From positions 19,760 through 83,759 of the forward strand of contig CAMEXD010000003.1 of the NCBI GenBank assembly GCA_945947035.1: a DNA stretch of 64,000 bases, read 5' to 3'. The notes beneath the pieces are model-generated. The model made no database searches. It saw only the letters and a program-made list of their open reading frames with translations, and was not told where the DNA came from. The position numbers were made by a program, and so were the translations under genes. The DNA comes from an uncultured Mycoplasma sp. Its GTDB lineage: Bacteria; Bacillota_I; Bacilli_A; RF39; UBA660. The first letter of the stretch is position 1, and each line of letters opens with the position of its first letter. Below are positions 8,528 through 18,513 of the stretch, piece after piece.

Positions 8528-9307
8528 TTAACATGGTGATATTGAAAAATTTTCTTTATCATTTTCTGAGATATATTTACGTCTTGTTCTATATAAATTC
8601 ATTTCATTATTGCAACTATCTGTACATGGATAAGTAACTATATAATAATTATCTCCTTCTTGATAACATAATGGATTAGTATCACAATCGGTTGGCTTTG
8701 CTGTTCCATTATTATATAAATTGACTTTTTTATATGATTTTTCACAAACATTACTATCTCCAGTACAAGATTCTACTTGCCAAGAACTCCAATCACTATA
8801 AGTTACAGTTTGACATATTTTGGAATAAAATTGATCACTTGAATAACCCGTTTTTGTTTTAACTGTTAATCTTAAAAGTTCGCCAGTTTCATTATCTTTT
8901 ATATCAAGATAATTTATATATTTACTTAATGGACCTGTATAATTAGTAGGTTTATATTTAGTTATTACAGCATCTGTTATATCATATTGATCTGCAAGTA
9001 ATTGACAAGAAAAATTGCCATAACTATAATTTACAGAACATAATCCATCTTCTACTATTGTTAAGTAATTATCAGAGTTAAGTGTTAAATTAATTCTACT
9101 ACCACCATTATAGAAGTATCTTAATAACATAACTTTTAAATAATAATTAGCGTATAAACTTTCAACATCGTTATACTCTATTCTTTTTTCATACTCTCCT
9201 TTTGTTGGTACAAAATTTGTAAATAAAACTGTAAAGATAACTAAAACAACAACTGCTACTGCTAAAAGTTCAGCCATCATAAATCCCCTATTATTAAATT
9301 TTTTCAA
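8528..9307 (-). CDS. Prepilin-type N-terminal domain protein with a Cys-rich C-terminal domain
   Basis: MKKFNNRG|FMMAELLAVAVVVLVIF. The C-terminal ~100 aa contain about 10 Cys. Confidence 0.7.
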   Translation of the reverse strand: MKKFNNRGFMMAELLAVAVVVLVIFTVLFTNFVPTKGEYEKRIEYNDVESLYANYYLKVMLLRYFYNGGSRINLTLNSDNYLTIVEDGLCSVNYSYGNFSCQLLADQYDITDAVITKYKPTNYTGPLSKYINYLDIKDNETGELLRLTVKTKTGYSSDQFYSKICQTVTYSDWSSWQVESCTGDSNVCEKSYKKVNLYNNGTAKPTDCDTNPLCYQEGDNYYIVTYPCTDSCNNEMNLYRTRRKYISENDKENFSISPC

Positions 9308-9413
9308 AAATAAACACCCTCTATCTACTTGATTATATTACATTTTTATTATATAATAAAAAATAGATAAATACTAGAATAATTTTAAAAAAAATAAAAA
9401 GGGGCAATTATTT

Positions 9414-11147
9414 ATGAGAGAATTTGATTTTGCAACAGTTCCAATTGTTGACATAGTAAATGATATCATTATTGATGGTGCAACTAAAAATGCCAGTGAT
9501 ATCCATTTTGATCCTGCTGAAAAATATTTAAAAATTAGAATGCGTATTGATGGTGAATTAAGAGATTATGCTATTGTTGAAAATAAATATAAAAGAAATT
9601 TAACTACTAGAGTTAAGCTTTTAGCAGGTATGAATATTACTGAATCTAGACTTCCTCAAGATGGTGCGATAAAAAGTAATATTAATGGCAAAGATTTGGA
9701 TTTGCGTGTTGCTGCTCTTCCTACTAGCTTTGGTGAAAAAATTGTTATTCGTATTTTAGATTATACTATGAGTTTTGAAGGTATTGAAGCTCTTGGATTT
9801 ACTAAAGAAAACTATGAAATAATAAAAGAAATGCTTGCTAATCCTAATGGTATTATTCTAGTAACAGGTGCAACTGGTAGTGGTAAATCAACTACAGTTT
9901 ATTCTATGCTTCAAAGACTTAACAATGAAGGTACTAATATTATAACAGTTGAAGACCCAGTTGAAATGAATATCGAAGGTATTAATCAAGTTCAAGTAAA
10001 TTCTGAAATTGGTCTTGATTTTGCAACTGTTTTAAGATCAATTTTAAGAGAGGACCCTAATGTTATATTAATCGGAGAAATAAGAGATAGCGAAACTGCT
10101 AAAATAGCAATTAGAGCATCTATTACAGGACATCTTGTTTTATCTACAATCCATACTAATAACTCTCTTACAACTATTGAAAGACTTTTGGATATGGATG
10201 TTGAAAGATATTTGCTTTCTACTTCTTTAAAAGGAATAATATCTCAAACTCTTGCTAAAAGATTATGTCCAAATTGTAAAAAGAAACGTGCTACTACTGT
10301 TGCTGAAAAACGTATTTTTAAAAAAGCCTTAGATAAGGATATCGATTATATCTATGAACCTAGTAATGGTTGTCCAAATTGTCGTGGTGGTTATAAAGGA
10401 AGAATTGCTCTTCAAGAAGTTTTGTTAATTAACGATGAAATAAGAGATGCAATTAATGAAAATAAAAGACGTGCTGAACTTCGTAGTATGATTTATAAAA
10501 AAGGCGTTAAAACATTATTCCAAGATGGACTTTTAAAAGTAATTGATGGTATTACTACTATGGAAGAAGTATTTAGATTAGTTGATGTAGATGATGATCT
10601 AGATAATATCTATGGTAAAGATGAATCTATGGAAAACGATGTGAAGGAAATTATTGAAAAACAATTAAAGGAAAAGGGCATAGAAAAAGAAAATAATGAT
10701 AATATAACAAATAATTTAATAGAAAATACTTTAGATAATAACAAAATTGTAAAAATTAATGAACCAAAAGAGAATAATTATGATATTAAATTAGATAATT
10801 TTGATAATTTCTTTGATAATATTGAAAATAAAACAATAAATAATGTTAATAAACAACCTATTTATGAAGAAAAAAAACAAACAGATAATTCTATAAATGA
10901 TTTCATAAATAATATTGATAAAGTTGAAAATGGAAATATTAATAATGATAATTTCGATAAATTCTTTATTGATACCAATAATAATAATTTAAATGAATCA
11001 AATAAAACAAATTATCAAAACAATAATAATTTAAATAATCCAGTTGTTGAAAATAATCAAAATGAAAAAGAAGAACAAAAAGAAAGCACTTCATCTAGTT
11101 ATACTGATGATTTAATCAATTTAATTAATCAAGGATTTTTCGAATAA
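9414..11147 (+). CDS. GspE/PilB/ComGA-family secretion ATPase with a ~190-aa Asn/Asp/Lys-rich C-terminal extension
   Basis: Walker A GATGSGKST, an Asp box, a His box, and tetra-Cys CPNC...CPNC. The tail contains DNFDNFF / DNFDKFF / INDFINN repeats. Confidence 0.9.
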   Translation: MREFDFATVPIVDIVNDIIIDGATKNASDIHFDPAEKYLKIRMRIDGELRDYAIVENKYKRNLTTRVKLLAGMNITESRLPQDGAIKSNINGKDLDLRVAALPTSFGEKIVIRILDYTMSFEGIEALGFTKENYEIIKEMLANPNGIILVTGATGSGKSTTVYSMLQRLNNEGTNIITVEDPVEMNIEGINQVQVNSEIGLDFATVLRSILREDPNVILIGEIRDSETAKIAIRASITGHLVLSTIHTNNSLTTIERLLDMDVERYLLSTSLKGIISQTLAKRLCPNCKKKRATTVAEKRIFKKALDKDIDYIYEPSNGCPNCRGGYKGRIALQEVLLINDEIRDAINENKRRAELRSMIYKKGVKTLFQDGLLKVIDGITTMEEVFRLVDVDDDLDNIYGKDESMENDVKEIIEKQLKEKGIEKENNDNITNNLIENTLDNNKIVKINEPKENNYDIKLDNFDNFFDNIENKTINNVNKQPIYEEKKQTDNSINDFINNIDKVENGNINNDNFDKFFIDTNNNNLNESNKTNYQNNNNLNNPVVENNQNEKEEQKESTSSSYTDDLINLINQGFFE

Positions 11148-11172
11148 AAAGAACACAAATTTGTGTTCTTTT
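11147..11172. terminator. Bidirectional terminator between the ATPase gene and priA
   Basis: AAAAGAACACAA-AT-TTGTGTTCTTTT. Confidence 0.7.
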
Positions 11173-13354
11173 ATAATTTATAAGGATTAAAATCTATTTC
11201 AAGTTTTACATTTTTTTTAGCAAAGTAATGATTTTGTAACTTTGTTAAAACAGGCATAACATTGTCAATTTTTTTATATTTTAGTATTATTTGAAATCTA
11301 TAGTTATTGTTAAGTTTAAATAAATTACATACACTTGGCCCAAGAACTATTTCATCTTTAGTTATATTTTTTCTTATAATATCTGCTATTTTAGAGCTTT
11401 CGTTACTTGCCATGTCATAATCTTTTGATATTATTTTTATAACGCATAAAAAGTAGTAAGGTGGATAATCTAATTTTCTTCTTAAAGACATTTCTTTATT
11501 AAAAAATCCAATGTAATCATGATTAATTGTATATTTTATAGCATAATGATCAGGGTTAAAGGTTTGAATTATTACACTTCCCTCCTTATCACTTCTGCCG
11601 CTTCTACCTAGAACTTGCTCTAAAAGTTCAAAAGTTATCTCACTACTTCTAAAATCTGGATAATTAAGTCCAATATCAGCATTTATTACTCCTACTAAAG
11701 TAACATCTTTAAAATCTAATCCTTTAGAAATCATTTGAGTACCTAGTAAAATATTATATTTTTTATTTGAAAAATCATCTATTATTTTAGCAATTGAATT
11801 TTTTTTAGTTGTAGTATCAACATCCATTCTAATAATTTTAGAATCTGGTATTAATTTTGTTAATTCTTCTTCTACTTTTTCAGTTCCAATGCCAAAGTCT
11901 TTAAAATTTTCGCCACATTTTGGACATGTTTCCATTCTTTTTGTTGCATATCCGCAATAATGACACCTTAACATATTAGATGATTTATGAAAAGTTAAAG
12001 TTATATCACAATTTGGACATTTTATTGTATTTCCACAACCACGACAAGTAAGCATTGATGAGTAACCACGTTTATTTAAAAATAATATTACTTGTTCATC
12101 ACATTCTATCCTTTTTTTTATTTCATCAAGAAGTTTTTTAGAAAAGAAACTATTATTATTTTTAAATTCACTATTCATATCAACTATTTCTACCTTAGGT
12201 AGTGGCTTATTATTATATCTTTTATTTAAAGTTAATAGTTTATAAACACCTTTTACACCTCTTGCATAACTTTCTAAAGATGGAGTTGCACTTCCTAAAA
12301 CTAAAGGACAGCTATGGTATTCTGCTCTTTTTTTAGCTATATCTATACAATTATATCTTGGTGTATTTTCTTGTTTATAAGTACTTGAATGTTCTTCATC
12401 AATTATAATTATACCAATATTTTCTAGTGGTGCGAAAATAGCACTTCTTGCACCAATTACAATATTTACTTTTCCCTCTTTAATTTTTCGCCATTCATCG
12501 TATTTTTCACCATCATAAAGTCCAGAATGAAGTACTGCTATTTTAGAAAATTTAGTAGTAAATCTTTCTATTATCTGTGGAGTTAAAGATATTTCAGGAA
12601 CTAATACAATCGCAGTTTTACCATCATCTATGACATTTTTTATTAATTCCATATAAACATTAGTTTTTCCACTTCCTGTTACACCATGAATTAAATAAGT
12701 ATTAAAGTTATTTTTATTATTTACTATTTCATTATAAACATGTTGTTGTTCTTCATTTAATTTAAAATTTGTCTTATTTTTTTCCTCAATATTATATCTA
12801 TAGTACTCTTCTTCTTTTTCTATTAAAATATTTTTGTTAAGTAATGTTGTTATAGTACTTTTAGAAAAAATATTTAACTCTTCTTTTTTTACGAAGTCTT
12901 TATCTTTTAAGTATTCTATTATTTTTTTAGCATTATCGTTTAATTTTATATTAGTTAGGTTTTTTTCTTTATTTAATGATATATATTTTTTATAAATAAC
13001 ATTAAATTTTACTTTATGTTTAGCTTTTAAAGCTTTAGGTAACATTACTTGATATGATGACATAAGAGATGAAAGTGTTGTTTTACTTATATATTTACCA
13101 AGTAAAATTAGTTCTTCATTTAAAATAGGATAAGGATCTACTAAAGATATTATTTCTTTTAAATTTTGTTCATCTTTTAAACTTCTTATATCCATGACAA
13201 ATCCTTCAAGAGTTTGACTATTAAAAGGAACTACAACTCTCATTCCTATTTGTACTTTATCTTCTAAGGATTTAGGAATTAAGTAAGTAAACGTTTTGTC
13301 AATAAAAACATTAGTTAATTCTACTAAACAATCACATACCATAATTATTTCCAT
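11171..13354 (-). CDS. priA: Primosomal protein N' (PriA helicase)
   Basis: HGVTGSGKT, DEEH, and a zinc-binding Cys cluster CRGCG..CPNC..CHYCG..CPKCG. The start may be the internal Met at 13342. Confidence 0.95.
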   Translation of the reverse strand: MEIIMVCDCLVELTNVFIDKTFTYLIPKSLEDKVQIGMRVVVPFNSQTLEGFVMDIRSLKDEQNLKEIISLVDPYPILNEELILLGKYISKTTLSSLMSSYQVMLPKALKAKHKVKFNVIYKKYISLNKEKNLTNIKLNDNAKKIIEYLKDKDFVKKEELNIFSKSTITTLLNKNILIEKEEEYYRYNIEEKNKTNFKLNEEQQHVYNEIVNNKNNFNTYLIHGVTGSGKTNVYMELIKNVIDDGKTAIVLVPEISLTPQIIERFTTKFSKIAVLHSGLYDGEKYDEWRKIKEGKVNIVIGARSAIFAPLENIGIIIIDEEHSSTYKQENTPRYNCIDIAKKRAEYHSCPLVLGSATPSLESYARGVKGVYKLLTLNKRYNNKPLPKVEIVDMNSEFKNNNSFFSKKLLDEIKKRIECDEQVILFLNKRGYSSMLTCRGCGNTIKCPNCDITLTFHKSSNMLRCHYCGYATKRMETCPKCGENFKDFGIGTEKVEEELTKLIPDSKIIRMDVDTTTKKNSIAKIIDDFSNKKYNILLGTQMISKGLDFKDVTLVGVINADIGLNYPDFRSSEITFELLEQVLGRSGRSDKEGSVIIQTFNPDHYAIKYTINHDYIGFFNKEMSLRRKLDYPPYYFLCVIKIISKDYDMASNESSKIADIIRKNITKDEIVLGPSVCNLFKLNNNYRFQIILKYKKIDNVMPVLTKLQNHYFAKKNVKLEIDFNPYKL

Positions 13355-14250
13355 AAAGGACTTGGATAAATATTTTCATCAGTCATCTTTTTTAGTGCTT
13401 CAACTACTTTTTCTTTGTCTTCTTTATACGTTACTCCAAACCACTTAGCATCAGTTTTTAAAACCTTAACTTTACAATTATTTTGTTTTATATTATCAAA
13501 TACAACATCTGGTATTAAATATTCACAATCTTTTAAATTGCCTTTATTATTTTGATAAAATTTTTCAAAATCATTTTCAATAAATTCAAATATTTTTTTA
13601 GTAAATCCAAACATATTCATTGATACAAGTTGATCTTTTTCTACTGTAAAAGAAGAAGAACCATTTAGTGGAATACAATTTATTATACCAGATTCATCGC
13701 TTACTTTACTTTCTATTAATGATGAAAGGTATCCTTCTTTTTCCTGACATACTCCCCTTTTAACAGTTCCGTTTTCAGTTAGAGTATTAGAAATTTTATA
13801 ACCAACCATACAAAATTCATCAAAATTATCATTATTTTTTAGATAATCTGCCAAAACTTTAAAAGAGTCATATCCATAAAAATCATCAGCATTAATAATG
13901 GCAAAATTTCCTTTTATAAGATTTCTACAACACCAAATGGCATGAGCTGTACCAAGTGGTTTTTCTCTTTCTTCAAATTCCATATTTTTTGGTAAATCAA
14001 AAATATCTTGGAAAGCATAAGAAACATCAACTTTTCCTTCAACTCTTTTTCCTATTGTTTCTTTAAAAACATCATAGTTTTCACGCTTTATTAAAAAAAC
14101 AATTTTATTAAAACCAGCTTTTTTGGCATCATATATTGAATAATCTATTATAAATTCATTATTAGGGCCAACAGGTTCAATTTGCTTTAAACCACCAAAT
14201 CTACTTCCCATACCTGCTGCTAAAATAACAAGTGTTAGTTCTTTTTCCAT
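13345..14250 (-). CDS. Sugar-phosphate nucleotidyltransferase family protein
   Basis: LVILAAGMGSRFGGLKQ N-terminal NTP-transferase signature. Substrate not assignable. Confidence 0.75.
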   Translation of the reverse strand: MEKELTLVILAAGMGSRFGGLKQIEPVGPNNEFIIDYSIYDAKKAGFNKIVFLIKRENYDVFKETIGKRVEGKVDVSYAFQDIFDLPKNMEFEEREKPLGTAHAIWCCRNLIKGNFAIINADDFYGYDSFKVLADYLKNNDNFDEFCMVGYKISNTLTENGTVKRGVCQEKEGYLSSLIESKVSDESGIINCIPLNGSSSFTVEKDQLVSMNMFGFTKKIFEFIENDFEKFYQNNKGNLKDCEYLIPDVVFDNIKQNNCKVKVLKTDAKWFGVTYKEDKEKVVEALKKMTDENIYPSPLWK

Positions 14251-14341
14251 AAAAAAATCCTCCCTTTGTCAATATAATTATATATTAACTTAAGGAGGTT
14301 TAGCAATAAGAAAATTTACTTTGCTTTATTCTTTTATATAT

Positions 14342-15259
14342 TTATAAAATTGCATCTAATTCTTTTTTTGTTAATCCTGTACAAGATAATATTACATTAG
14401 GTTCAATTCCTTGAATAAACATATTTTTTGCTATTTCTAATCTTTGATTTTTTGCTCCTTGTTTTAATCCTCTTTCTTCTCCCCTTTTTTCTCCTCTTTC
14501 TTGTCCTATTTTTTCTGCATATGCTAGTCTTGCCTTTCTTTCATATTCTTCCATATATTCGGCATCATATAATCCTACAATTGTTTCATTTTGCGATAAT
14601 TCTTTTATCTTTTCTTCTGCTTCCATTAGATCTTTATCATCTCCTACTATTTCTCTTATTTTTTTTGGATCATCTTCTACAAGTAGTAATAATTCTTTTT
14701 CAAATTTTGTTAACTCATGGTTATTATAACACTTTTTCTTTACATTGGAAAGGTTTATATGATATTTTTCTATTTGTTTATTTTCTATTATTCCTCTTTC
14801 TACATCTGCCATCATAAATTTTATTACTATTCTATCATCAAACTTATTAAACAAATTAAAATTAATTTGAATTACCTTTTTAACATCAAGATATCCTTCA
14901 CCATTTTTAAATTGTTCTTCTAAAAGTTTACTTTGATAGGCATTATTTTTCTCAAATAATCCATCATAATAATACTTATTCATTTCAATATTTATTCTAT
15001 TATCCAATACATCCATTATTATATCGGTTTTCATTTTCTTTCCATTATAATGCTTTATGGGAAGTTCATTATTTAAGATAATTATGTTTTCTTTTATTAC
15101 TTCTTTTGGTATTTTTATTATATTTGATAATAAATCTGATGAATAATTTAAGCAAGACTTAGAAGTAAATAATGCTTTAAAAATTGGATCAAAACTTGCT
15201 GGAATATATTTTATTCCATTTTTTACTAATATAATCCGTTTACTTGTTAATTCTATCAT
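14342..15259 (-). CDS. Rpn-family recombination-promoting nuclease / PD-(D/E)XK putative transposase
   Basis: Family-typical N-terminus IPASFDPIFKALF and a charged C-terminal repeat region ending NMFIQGIEPNVILSCTGLTKKELDAIL. Start at MIELTS after GGAGGTGA. Confidence 0.7.
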   Translation of the reverse strand: MIELTSKRIILVKNGIKYIPASFDPIFKALFTSKSCLNYSSDLLSNIIKIPKEVIKENIIILNNELPIKHYNGKKMKTDIIMDVLDNRINIEMNKYYYDGLFEKNNAYQSKLLEEQFKNGEGYLDVKKVIQINFNLFNKFDDRIVIKFMMADVERGIIENKQIEKYHINLSNVKKKCYNNHELTKFEKELLLLVEDDPKKIREIVGDDKDLMEAEEKIKELSQNETIVGLYDAEYMEEYERKARLAYAEKIGQERGEKRGEERGLKQGAKNQRLEIAKNMFIQGIEPNVILSCTGLTKKELDAIL

Positions 15260-15530
15260 ATAATCACCTCCATTTCGTTTATAGATAGAAGAAACAAGTG
15301 CTATTAAAACATAATCATTTTTTACTTGCAAATTTATAAAATGTAAAATTTAACTAAAAAATCGCCCCAAAAACTAAAATTTCCCTAGAGCAAAAATTAA
15401 AATTTAAGAAAAAAAGTGCTTCAAATTTTAAAAATTACCCCTTTTTTCATAAAATTTAAGAAATTTCCGACAAATATCGATATTTTAAGACAAAATTTGA
15501 CACATTTTTAGTACTTTTTTTTTAAAAAAT

Positions 15531-15560
15531 AAAAAAAACTGATAAATTAATCAGTTTTTT
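15531..15560. terminator. Bidirectional terminator downstream of ltaS
   Basis: A7-ACTGAT-AAATTA-ATCAGT-T5. Confidence 0.65.
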
Positions 15561-15719
15561 AGACCTTTTTAACCTAACTTAATTATACATAGTCATATTT
15601 TTGTATTGTTCTTTTAAATTATCTTTTCGCATACTTTTATCTCCATTTTTAAACACTAAAAAAATGGGTTATATTTTATAAATTAATTTTAACATTTTAT
15701 TTGTTTTTGTCTACAAAAT

Positions 15720-17669
15720 TTATTCTTCATTCGTTACTTCTTTTACACCTAATTTTTTAAAGTAATTATATTTTAAAGTTAAATCATTTTTTCTAGCTAA
15801 ATTATTTACTAAAATATTATTATTTTCTAGATTTTTTTCATTTATTTTTTTACCATTAACAACTTCTCCGCCTTCAACATAAACATTTCCATCATACCAA
15901 GAATAATCACTAAAAAATACTATTCCTGAATAACTACTATTTAAAGCATCTGTTCCAATATAATAGTTGGAATTATAGGAAAATCCATATAAATTAAGTA
16001 CTGTTGGTAAAATATTAAGTTGTGATGTTACCTTTTTTATCTCTTTTTTTGTTTTACCATTATCATAAATAAAGAATGGTGTTTTGTTTATTAAATTATT
16101 ATCTGTTTTCTTATATTTTTCTAATATAGATTGATCAGTTAAAGTATATAAGTAATGATCTGTAAATACAACTATTACTGTATCATCAAGTAATTTTTGT
16201 TCTTTTAATTTATTTAATAATAATTCAACCATATAGTCTGTTTCTTTTACTTGACGTCTTATGCATTCTTCTTCACTCATTAAAGCAAATTCTATATCTT
16301 CTTTTCCTTCGTTATCAACTTCATAAAGTAATTTACATACTCCTTTTGTATTTGTAAATGGTGTATGTGGTGAATAAGTAATAATATAATCAACAAAAGG
16401 TGTATCTTTATTAAACATAAGGCTAGAATACTCTTCGTTTAAAATAAGTTCTCTATCTAATTGATAACTATTATCATCATATTTATACATATCTATTAAA
16501 CCATAGTAATTATCATATCCCCAACTTTCATAATTAATTCTTCTTGAATAATATTCACTATTATTCATATGAAAAGCGTTAACTGTATAACCTTCATTTT
16601 TAAACATATTAGCCATAGAATATGGAAAACTATTATTACTAAAAGCATAAGCATTTTTATTATAAGAAAAAGGCACTATAAAACCAGTATTTACTGCAAA
16701 CTCTGAGTTAAAAGTTGATCCTCCTCCATTATAAAATGAATAATGATTAGTAAAGTTAATTGAATTTTTCATCATTTTATATAAAGTTGGGGTATCTTTT
16801 TCATTTAAAAGCCAAGAGTCAACACCTTCAAGTTGTAAGAAAATAAAGTTTTTACCCTTAAATTTGCCAGTATAACTATTTTTAGTATCTTCACTTTCAT
16901 AAGAATATACTTCTTCTAAAAAAGCTAATTCTTCTTCATCTGTTTCTTCTTTTCTTAAAAAAGTTACATAAAAGTTTCTAAAAGTATATTCAAATAAACC
17001 ACTTACTCGCATACTTTTATTGCTATCATTATATTGATTATAGACATTTCTTGGATTTTTCCAAGTACTCCATACTAAAGTATCATTAGCTTTTCCTAAA
17101 AATAATGGAGTTATTAAATGAAGTATAATAAAAATAAGACAAACCTTTAACAATCTTTTTTTATCAAAATGATTTACATTAACTATATTTTTATAACCCC
17201 AAAAAATCAAAAATATAATAATAATTAAAAAAATATAGACTAAAATATTGCAATTTACTATAGCATCCATAATATATGGAGCCCCTTCTTTAGAACTTTC
17301 AAGCAAATTAAAACTAAAAAAATTATTAGTAAGTGAATAATAAATATTGTTTACTAAATAAAAAACAATTCCTAAAAAATTAAAAAACAAATATAATACT
17401 TTACCTATTTTTTTCTTAAAAGATAAAGTTATTCCTAAAAATAAAATAACATAAGTTATCGTAAAAAGATTAGGAACTAATCTATATATTCCAAAAAAGT
17501 TAATACTTCTTCCTAGAAATCTTGTCGCCAAGTCCATAAAAATAAATGGAAGAGCCATATATATATATTGTTTATTTTTTATTATAAATTCTTTTATTTT
17601 TATAAAAGTATCTTTAGGATTTTTTAAATAATTTTTCAGTTTATCAAAAAATTCTTTTACTGCTTTCAT
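15720..17669 (-). CDS. ltaS: LTA synthase family protein (polyglycerol-phosphate transferase, sulfatase fold)
   Basis: 649 aa: five N-terminal TM helices plus an extracellular sulfatase-like domain. Confidence 0.85.
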   Translation of the reverse strand: MKAVKEFFDKLKNYLKNPKDTFIKIKEFIIKNKQYIYMALPFIFMDLATRFLGRSINFFGIYRLVPNLFTITYVILFLGITLSFKKKIGKVLYLFFNFLGIVFYLVNNIYYSLTNNFFSFNLLESSKEGAPYIMDAIVNCNILVYIFLIIIIFLIFWGYKNIVNVNHFDKKRLLKVCLIFIILHLITPLFLGKANDTLVWSTWKNPRNVYNQYNDSNKSMRVSGLFEYTFRNFYVTFLRKEETDEEELAFLEEVYSYESEDTKNSYTGKFKGKNFIFLQLEGVDSWLLNEKDTPTLYKMMKNSINFTNHYSFYNGGGSTFNSEFAVNTGFIVPFSYNKNAYAFSNNSFPYSMANMFKNEGYTVNAFHMNNSEYYSRRINYESWGYDNYYGLIDMYKYDDNSYQLDRELILNEEYSSLMFNKDTPFVDYIITYSPHTPFTNTKGVCKLLYEVDNEGKEDIEFALMSEEECIRRQVKETDYMVELLLNKLKEQKLLDDTVIVVFTDHYLYTLTDQSILEKYKKTDNNLINKTPFFIYDNGKTKKEIKKVTSQLNILPTVLNLYGFSYNSNYYIGTDALNSSYSGIVFFSDYSWYDGNVYVEGGEVVNGKKINEKNLENNNILVNNLARKNDLTLKYNYFKKLGVKEVTNEE

Positions 17670-17735
17670 TAAACCACCATAGGTAGATTATATCATTTTT
17701 TGTCGTTTATGTAAACAATATGTCTTTTAGGTTTA

Positions 17736-18458
17736 CTATTCTAAAACTTCAATTGGAAGAGTATCTTTATTTTTTTCGAATACAACTACTTTATTATTCA
17801 CATCAACTGTTGCTAGTATTATATTATCTAAAGTATCATATCCAAGACGTTTTACTTCTTTTGTTATCCATTTTTCATCTTTATTTATAGCTTTTAAATT
17901 ATTTGGCATTATCTTACCATCAATAATTGCATTAACACATAATCCTTGTTTTTCTGCTTTTAATTTCATGTCTTTTATAGTGACATTTTTATATTCTCCT
18001 TTTGGTAAGAAACTAACATCGCCATTTGCTTCCATAATAGCATATGATATTTCACTAACATCAAAATATCCTGCTCCTCTTACAACTTCAAGTAAATCAT
18101 TAATATCAAATTTTACTTTTCTTAGTCCTTTTTCTAAGATTTTACCATTTTGAATTAATACTGTTGGAGTTCCAATAAAAAATCTTCTTAAAGCAATGCT
18201 TTTCATAGTAAGAACTGATACTAAATAAGCAACTATTCCAAATACAAAAACAGGAACAATGCCATGAAGATATCCATTAGTTAGATCAATTGTTGCTTCT
18301 GCCGCAAAATTACCTATTGAAATACCTATTACATAATCAAATAAACTAAGTTGTGATACTTGTTTTTTACCAATCATTTTAGTTACAAAAAATAAAGTAA
18401 CTAAAGAAAGCATACTTCTAAAAATAATATCAAAAATTTCCATAACTTCTTTACTCAT
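17736..18458 (-). CDS. DUF421 (YetF-like) membrane protein
   Basis: LFFVTKMIGKKQVSQLSLFDYVIGISIGNFAAE is the DUF421 signature. Confidence 0.8.
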   Translation of the reverse strand: MSKEVMEIFDIIFRSMLSLVTLFFVTKMIGKKQVSQLSLFDYVIGISIGNFAAEATIDLTNGYLHGIVPVFVFGIVAYLVSVLTMKSIALRRFFIGTPTVLIQNGKILEKGLRKVKFDINDLLEVVRGAGYFDVSEISYAIMEANGDVSFLPKGEYKNVTIKDMKLKAEKQGLCVNAIIDGKIMPNNLKAINKDEKWITKEVKRLGYDTLDNIILATVDVNNKVVVFEKNKDTLPIEVLE

Positions 18459-18513
18459 AAAAATCACCATTATTATTATGAATAAATTTAAAAAAAATAT
18501 AGATAAAATTTAT

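Noticed and set aside
15332-15530. AT-rich region upstream of the Rpn-like gene with recurring AAAATTT/TTTAAG words, considered as a periodic repeat or curved-DNA array
   Set aside because: The spacings I measured (about 10-31 nt) are irregular and no unit aligns convincingly. It is probably just low-complexity promoter DNA.
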